Made by a program: the position numbers and the translations under genes. A DNA stretch of 63,988 bases, counting the filler, from Stramenopiles sp. TOSAG23-2 (lineage: Eukaryota), in assembly GCA_900128395.1 (NCBI GenBank). It is 13 parts of 13 records of this genome, joined end to end, with 100 filler letters (N's around TTAATTAATTAA, not from the genome) between each part and the next. Parts side by side here need not be neighbours in the genome. Positions count along the whole stretch, not along the records: positions 53,952 to 59,829 come from LT650570.1; positions 59,930 to 61,216 come from LT653260.1; positions 61,317 to 62,602 come from LT653261.1; positions 62,703 to 63,988 come from LT653262.1; 9 more parts are not named here. One strand, 5' to 3'. This document shows positions 57,200 to 63,988 of the stretch, piece after piece. Below the pieces are notes generated by a model, which was not told where the DNA came from, ran no database searches, and saw only the letters and a program-made list of their open reading frames with translations. Each line of letters starts with the position of its first letter. Position 1 is the first letter of the stretch.

Positions 57200-57465
57200 G
57201 ATGTATTGCTTCTAATTCTTGTTATATATTACTTTTCTTATTATAATATTATAAATATATGTATATGTGTTACTAGTCGTCTATGTATACCTTTATATCA
57301 TATATGCAACATATATATGTGATTTAATATAACTAAGAAGAATATTATATCTTTTTGTTATTGCTGGATGGTTATGTTGTGGTGTAGAAGACGATTTCCG
57401 ATGCACCAGGTTTTACCAGGTACCAGGTTACTCAGGAAACCCCGCTATGCTATTCGCATACAAAC

Positions 57466-57503
57466 ATATACAGTATGGCAGCGACAGCTGCCATACTGTA
57501 TAT
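57466..57503. repeat. Perfect hairpin with a 17-bp stem and 4-nt loop
   Basis: atatacagtatggcagc-gaca-gctgccatactgtatat. Confidence 0.9.
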
Positions 57504-57510
57504 ACTCAGG

Positions 57511-57760
57511 AAATGAATGGCACTATGCTTGATTGTTTTTTTTTTCAGATCGAAAAAATATCGACATCTAAATTCCAAAAATGTCATCACTGATTTTAGT
57601 AAAATTTTGAGTGAAAAATATCTTTTCAAAACTATATATATTACTATTTAAATGACGAAAACGACAAATAACTTGAAAAATTAAATTATTTAATCTGATA
57701 ATATCCGAAAATACACATCTTGTAAAAAAAAAAAACAATCAAGCATAGTGCCATTCGTTT
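57511..57760. mobile_element. MITE-like non-autonomous DNA transposon
   Basis: 35-bp inverted ends with one mismatch (aaatgaatggcactatgcttgattgtttttttttt / aaaaaaaaaacaatcaagcatagtgccattcgttt). No ORF. A second copy lies at 6271-6544. Confidence 0.82.
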
Positions 57761-57859
57761 ATCAGGTAGTACCAGGTAGCTCTACCTTAAACTGAACTCT
57801 GCGTTTGCCAGAATAACTCTACCTGTTGTACTTGAATGGGTATTTAGATTACAGAATTG

Positions 57860-58117
57860 CCTTGCCTATTATTTTATACAAAAAAATTGGTGAAAAAAAT
57901 ATATATTATTATTTGATTTGTGCATTTATAAATGAAATAAACTCTCTCTCATTCATACGATACAGTATACTTCGTATCTTTTACGTAGACCTTGCCTATT
58001 ATTTTATACAAAAAAATTGGTGAAAAAAATATATATTATTATTTGATTTGTGCATTTATAAATGAAATAAACTCTCTCTCATTCATACGATACAGTATAC
58101 TTCGTATCTTTTACGTA
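57860..58117. repeat. Tandem duplication of ~130 bp
   Basis: ccttgcctattattttatacaaaaaaattgg...cttcgtatcttttacgta occurs twice. Confidence 0.92.
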
Positions 58118-58155
58118 ATATTAAAATATATATATATATATACAATAATACACCT

Positions 58156-59775
58156 CTACTTGGTAAATAATAATTTCAATGTTGGTATCAAATTACTACC
58201 AGTTGTACTACCTAAATCACCAATAAACAACCAAAAACTACATGCAGTTAAATTATGTTCTTTTTTCAATTCACTATCAATATATTTACATGTATAATTA
58301 TATATTGAACCATTTGCTAAGAAGACACACATAGCAGCAATTGGAGATATAATTGCAAAATTATTCATACCCGCAAACGAATTAATCGAGGCGCCTAATG
58401 CGGAGAAAATTAAAAAGTAAACAACTGGTCTGTTTTTTTTATCAGTATATGCTAAATTACGTCCAATCGTTGCGCCAATAAAGGTGAAACTATTGTATAC
58501 AGCAAAAAATGCATCTGTATCAACTACAAGTCCTTTCCACAATGGTACACCACTTGGATTGTCATAAATATATAACATTAAACCTGGTGAAAATAATGAT
58601 ACACAACACATATTAATAGCTAAGACAATGGAATGAGATTTAATTTTTGGCAACCATTGCCTCCATTCACGTATATTTTGTAAAAAGGCACCAAAACTAT
58701 CACTATTATTCTCAACGTGATGATATGGTATAACAAATGCAAAGATAAATATACCGATGAATAAACCAAAAATGGTAAATGCATAAATATATTCAGGCAC
58801 GATACCTACTGCCATGACAATAAATCCACCAATTGTAATCGTACTGACACCAATTGGTATCCCCATCGTAGCCCATAATTTCGTTTGGTGTCCTAATGGT
58901 GCAATTGCTGATAACAAATTTGCTTCAAACGAGCCAATTGCAACACCGCCTAACATGTACGCAACGTAAACCCATATTAAATTTGTACTATCCCATAAGA
59001 ATACCGGTCCTAATAAAACGCTCATTGCTGTCATCATAGATACCATTGCTATAATGACACGCCATCTTGGTGTTACACAAAAAAATACAAAATTATGTGC
59101 GAAACGAAAGATTAAGTTTCCTAAATAAAGAAAGCTTACAGCGGCACCGAAAGCCCTACTTGCCTCGCTGCCATCATCTGCTATGCCATATTGTGCTTTC
59201 ACTTTATGTTGCAAACTGAATAAACATGCATATCCCATAAAAACAGGTATGACAACTAATATAATCCAACGAACTGGTGGAACTTCATCATCAACTACTT
59301 TGATTAACTCTTTTGTTTTTTCGTTTTGTTCCTGTTCTAGATCATCCATATACTCGTTAGTACTATCACCACTTTCAAGATCAACATCGTTTAAAAATAA
59401 TTTTTTCGTAGGATCCAACAATGGTTTCTTTAAAAGATGTTCAACATCTTTTACGTCTGTTGGGCTATTGCCACGTTCCCTTGGATTCTTAGCTGCAGTT
59501 ACTGGCGTTAAAGAAGTTGCAATTGCTTGTTGTAACTCCGAGTCAGATGAATTACCTGACTCACTTGGTGTGGTCGATAACGACGTTGGAACTTGGAAAT
59601 AGACGTTATTACTGTTGTCATTTCTACTCGTATAGTTGTTGCCGTTAAACGGGGATGATAATGATGATGACGTGGTGGATCCGTATGAAGATGGTGATTT
59701 CGTAGAGGTAACAATTGGACTACTTGGTTTCATAACCGGTGTTTCTGGTGTTTTTGGTGGCATCTTTCTTGGCAT
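58156..59775 (-). CDS. CLN3/battenin-like multi-pass transporter
   Basis: Ser-rich N-terminal tail followed by about 11 TM helices. LGGVAIGSFEANLL resembles the CLN3 family. Confidence 0.7.
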   Translation of the reverse strand: MPRKMPPKTPETPVMKPSSPIVTSTKSPSSYGSTTSSSLSSPFNGNNYTSRNDNSNNVYFQVPTSLSTTPSESGNSSDSELQQAIATSLTPVTAAKNPRERGNSPTDVKDVEHLLKKPLLDPTKKLFLNDVDLESGDSTNEYMDDLEQEQNEKTKELIKVVDDEVPPVRWIILVVIPVFMGYACLFSLQHKVKAQYGIADDGSEASRAFGAAVSFLYLGNLIFRFAHNFVFFCVTPRWRVIIAMVSMMTAMSVLLGPVFLWDSTNLIWVYVAYMLGGVAIGSFEANLLSAIAPLGHQTKLWATMGIPIGVSTITIGGFIVMAVGIVPEYIYAFTIFGLFIGIFIFAFVIPYHHVENNSDSFGAFLQNIREWRQWLPKIKSHSIVLAINMCCVSLFSPGLMLYIYDNPSGVPLWKGLVVDTDAFFAVYNSFTFIGATIGRNLAYTDKKNRPVVYFLIFSALGASINSFAGMNNFAIISPIAAMCVFLANGSIYNYTCKYIDSELKKEHNLTACSFWLFIGDLGSTTGSNLIPTLKLLFTK

Positions 59776-60345
59776 GTTTTGTTGTTATAATACTGAGAAT
59801 ATTTTGTATTGTCGAATAAAATCTTTTTTNNNNNNNNNNNNNNNNNNNNNNNNNNNNNNNNNNNNNNNNNNNNTTAATTAATTAANNNNNNNNNNNNNNN
59901 NNNNNNNNNNNNNNNNNNNNNNNNNNNNNATGTACGTACCAAGTATATCTATTTAAATATACGAACCATCGTACGACGTATAAAAAATACTTTTTTAAAA
60001 TAATAAAGTACACTCGGTACATTTTTTTTCTCTCTCTCTAAATTATGCATTGCAAGATTTCTCTCTATTAATATCTCGGTTGCATAATTCGATGGTGCGC
60101 CTTTCCATGAAATAAATAGATAGAATAGAATGGAATAGAATAGACCAAAAAATATCAGATCAGTGTTTTTTCCAAAAAAAGAAGATTATAATTGTAATTT
60201 TATGTCATTTTGGTAATATAAGGGCTTCACCCATGAGATATAAATATAGAATTATACTAGAATTATATATTATAGATAAATATACAAGCAAAAGAGTGAA
60301 TAGTATCATTTAGTAGATGTATGTATATATATTATATAAACAAAG

Positions 60346-60996
60346 ATGAAAATAGTAAACCATATATTAGTATTAGTAGTAGTAGTTGCGACTATATGCA
60401 ATGCAAATGGCGCGCCTGCACCAGTATGTTGGAAAGATTCATATGGACGTGGTGTAGGTAAACCAATTAGTTCATGTGATGCATCAAAAGGCTTAGTGAA
60501 ATCAGGTGCGCTTTGTTATCCATATTGCAGAAATGATACTCAACCAACGTATTATGGTGTTGGGCCAGTATGTTGGCAACATTGTAAGCCAGGTTATGTG
60601 GATGAAGGTGCATTATGTAGAAAAGATAAAAGTATCATTACATATGCAAAACATAGTTATGGTCGTGGTGCAGGATATCCATTGACGTGCCGTGCAGATC
60701 AACAAGAAGATGCTGCATTATGTTATCCATATTGTAAGAAAGGCTATTATGGTGTGGGGCCAGTTTGTTGGATTAGTTGTGAAAATCCAGATCCAAGTGA
60801 TGGTGGTGCAATATGTTGTAGCAATTCAACTATGTGTTCACAAAAAATTCGAGATTTAGCAGGTGGGTTACCATTAGCAGTAGCAGCTGCATTATTAAGT
60901 GGTGGAAATGCAACTAAAATTGAGGAAGCTGTAATTCAAGCATTGAATTCTATTTTAGGTTTTGTAATGCCATTATGTTCAACTTTGGGCTTGTAG
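60346..60996 (+). CDS. Secreted Cys-rich repeat protein with two SYGRG..C..LCYP.C..Y.GVGPVCW units
   Basis: Signal peptide-like N-terminus and an internal duplication. Confidence 0.85.
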   Translation: MKIVNHILVLVVVVATICNANGAPAPVCWKDSYGRGVGKPISSCDASKGLVKSGALCYPYCRNDTQPTYYGVGPVCWQHCKPGYVDEGALCRKDKSIITYAKHSYGRGAGYPLTCRADQQEDAALCYPYCKKGYYGVGPVCWISCENPDPSDGGAICCSNSTMCSQKIRDLAGGLPLAVAAALLSGGNATKIEEAVIQALNSILGFVMPLCSTLGL

Positions 60997-61356
60997 AATG
61001 GTAGGAAATACGAAATAAAAAAGAGAAGATTAGCCGAAAAGTGTATTATTGAGTGGTTATATATGTGGTTTTTAATATATATAGATATACAACGAACATA
61101 TATAACAAGTTTCTGTACAAATATATGGAGGAAGATGTTAATCCTCCTTCTTTTTTGCCCCCTCACTTCTTTTTATTTCGTATTACACGTTGTTTACTTT
61201 TATTATTCTGTATCCGNNNNNNNNNNNNNNNNNNNNNNNNNNNNNNNNNNNNNNNNNNNNTTAATTAATTAANNNNNNNNNNNNNNNNNNNNNNNNNNNN
61301 NNNNNNNNNNNNNNNNAACGCGAAAAAAGTGAAAAAAACAACAAAATCTGAAATTT

Positions 61357-61744
61357 TTATGAAAATCTGCAATGTGCAACTTTTGACAGATATGGAAATA
61401 TTTTTTTTCTGTCAGCCCAAAATTTTTTATAATTTTTTAATACTTTTTTTTCTACACTATTAATTTCCAGCCAATAAAATTTTAGCTCTTTTTCCATCTC
61501 TTTCTTGATGGCTTCAGGATTACAAGTATTTGCACTTGCATTCAATGCTCCTTCTGTAGTTGCAGCTACATCCATCCCCCCATCCAGATTGTGACTGATC
61601 CTCAACATCCCCATCGACGACGCAATTAGATACACCAATTGCATTTGATGATTTCAATTTGTTCCAAGATGATGTTAGGCGTTTGTCATTTTTCAATAAG
61701 ACGAAGTTGGCAAGATGTCTAGGCGTAAAAGTCTTCATTAACAA
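61357..61744 (-). pseudogene. Possible degenerate hAT transposase C-terminal (dimerisation) remnant
   Basis: EKELKFYW...KKFWADRKKIFPYLSKVA resembles the hAT E...Y...L.WW......FP.L...A pattern. Confidence 0.45.
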
Positions 61745-62235
61745 AAGTTTCTACAACCACATCACAAACAGCAGATAAAAGACAGGCTGGTAAACGTAAA
61801 CGCTCCTTTGCAAGTTCCAATTTTGATAGAAAACCGGGGGATTATAAAGGTGATGAGCAATTAAATGCTAACCAACTGGTTAATAAGTTGTTAGAAGCTA
61901 TTGATCATATAAAATATGAGACAAATAAAGCTGTTCGATCTGAGTTGTTAAAAAACCAACCAAGTGAAAAAGATATGGAATTGTTAAAAACAACAATACT
62001 TGAAGAAATTAATAAAAAGCTTACAACCGATGTTAGACAAGCATCTGATTTAAAGGTATTGGGTACTTCAGAAGGACCAAAAACACGCTACCAAGTGAAA
62101 TATGATGGTACATATTGCCGGTGTATCGATATTTTAAATAACAAGGAAAATAATGAAACCGTTGTTATATGGGGAGGGCGGAGATTGGCCCTACAACATT
62201 GCATCAGTTGGAGAGATGGCGTATTAATCTATTAA
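61729..62235 (+). other. Open reading frame fragment without a clear start, unknown product
   Basis: Stop-free from 61729 to 62235 and contains an NLS-like KRKR. Confidence 0.35.
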
Positions 62236-63192
62236 TCAATGCATCCACACTCTTTTTAGTGTTCTATTAGGGCATGATGACGCAAAACATCCTATTATAC
62301 TTCATATTCTAATAAGTACAAACATCATCATTTCAACGAAAAACGAATTAAGTTCCAGCTGCCGCACAGACGGCAAGGACCCCTGCCTTCGAGATAAAAA
62401 TTAAGTGTTCTCAGGAAGTTATTTTGCCTATATAAAATTGTATTCTTTAAGCTAAGTACAGATTTGGTTGGTTTGTGTCGATTCAGTTTTTCTCTTTGGT
62501 CGATTGGTGGCGATGTTGTATAGTTACAATGAGGGTTCAGGATAACGGTGCTGTGTATATACTATTGACAACAATGGTATGTCTATTCTAATCAAGTCCG
62601 TGNNNNNNNNNNNNNNNNNNNNNNNNNNNNNNNNNNNNNNNNNNNNTTAATTAATTAANNNNNNNNNNNNNNNNNNNNNNNNNNNNNNNNNNNNNNNNNN
62701 NNTTAAAATTACTAACTAAATATAATTAATAATAACGTAAATAATATGTATTAATTAAGGTACTTGAAAGAATAATAATAATGAAATAAATTAACATAAT
62801 ATAATGGAAAATGATACATAGATATAATACTATCTTTAGGAACTAGATAATTACTCTAAGAATACATATGTAAAATAGAAACAAGAGATATTGCGGCGTT
62901 AGCCGCTATATATGGATAACATATAGTTTACTATTTTAATTTACTATTTATATACTCAGCTTTTTCGTACTATTTTCCTTAGAATACGATTAGTATTGGA
63001 AATTAGTAGAGCTTCTATGTGACCATGTTATGGATTATTATCCAACAGTGGCCGACCTTTGCTTAAAATTATTATTTAAGCTAACTACATATATTATTTA
63101 TAATAATAAAAAATATTGTAATAATCCTAAGACCATACATATATACATATGATCTTTCCTTTCTTAGTTATCCTAAAGCTGTTTATATACAG

Positions 63193-63670
63193 ATGAATAT
63201 GTTTTCGTTCCAGGATACTCCTGGTGGATCAGTAAATCCATGGGATTTCTGGATAGAAAATTGCAATATGAATGAAAGATTTTTGTGGCTCAACAAACAA
63301 GATGTTGAGCCGCTTTGACTCCAGGTACAAGATGTGCCTGGATACCCAGACGTACGAGATGAAGATGAAGCGCAGACAATTGTATCTTGGTGCTGGGAAG
63401 TTGCACGGTCCAGGTGGCACTACATCTGGCAAGACCGAAATTTTAACCAGCCGGACCGCGAAGAAATAATCTTTACAGCGGAAGACATTAACAAGAAGTT
63501 GTTAGAGTTATCGTTTGAAAGAAAAGCAGAAATAGATGCGCTAATAGCGGATAAAGATGCGCTATCGGTGGTAAATTATTAAACTTATAAAAACTTATAA
63601 ATACTATCATGATTTCTATATATTTATATTTTCAGATTCCCAAAATTTAGAACAATCATCTTTTATCTAG
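63193..63670 (+). pseudogene. Coding-like segment with an in-frame TGA (63316-63318) and a probable short intron (~63572-63635)
   Basis: MNMFSFQD...DVEPL*LQVQDVPGYPD...DALSV reads in one frame. A gtaaat...ttttcag intron candidate leads to DSQNLEQSSFI*. Confidence 0.4.
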
Positions 63671-63988
63671 AATGGACACAGCATCAGTGAACGATGCGAT
63701 ATTTTGACCTCCATGCTATTCCCATGCTAAAGTAATCATTCACTGAAAAAAATAGCCTGGGCCGGAAACCGCCGGAAGGCACCTAAGTCTACGGAATCTT
63801 ATAGGTTGGACTATACTAGTAAGTGAAATAGTGAAATTACTGAAAAATGGAAAAATCTAAATCACAAATCGCTTCATGAATTGTATTATAATATGAAATA
63901 TCGGAGTCAAAATAGTAGTGAAAAAAACTATGATATCCCAAAACATTCTTACGAATAGGTTCTTACTATAAAACAACAATTGATAACT

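Noticed and set aside
5913-62702. Regularly spaced TTAATTAATTAA motif as a biological repeat, and any gene clustering across it
   Set aside because: It is an artificial linker within N runs. Neighbouring contigs are ordered by length, so cross-linker synteny means nothing.
1-63988. Alternative genetic code
   Set aside because: Conserved genes translate fully with the standard code and use TAA, TAG and TGA as stops. The single in-frame TGA at 63316 is not enough evidence.

Overview
This window is not one locus. It is 13 unlinked, size-sorted contigs (ten of ~5.9 kb, three of ~1.29 kb) joined by artificial 100-nt linkers (N44-TTAATTAATTAA-N44). The DNA is AT-rich, intron-poor and eukaryotic (standard code, GT-AG introns, poly-Asn tracts). 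Gene content suggests a heterotrophic stramenopile-like protist from a MAG or single-cell assembly; that assignment is inference. Recognisable genes: glycine decarboxylase P, GGPP synthase, CDP-DAG synthase (one intron), a tenascin-like EGF-repeat membrane protein, an EF-hand/CNBD K+ channel, ELMOD and ArfGAP-like proteins, a degenerate kinesin, DUF1080 and SGNH hydrolases, a CLN3-like transporter, and TPR, ankyrin, MYND and WW proteins. The two best leads are (i) a convergent pair of unrelated Fe(II)/2OG oxygenases (BesD/HalD-like and PhyH-like) that both end in the peroxisomal signal SKL, and (ii) a peroxiredoxin-like CxxC domain fused through two TM helices to a bacterial-type DUF6875-like domain. 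Also present: a SLATT-like 2TM ORF, a MITE family with copies on two contigs, a stray 28S rRNA fragment, a GC-rich dispersed repeat, CCAG-rich patches upstream of genes, and many local tandem duplications. Domain names come from motif recognition by eye, not from database searches.
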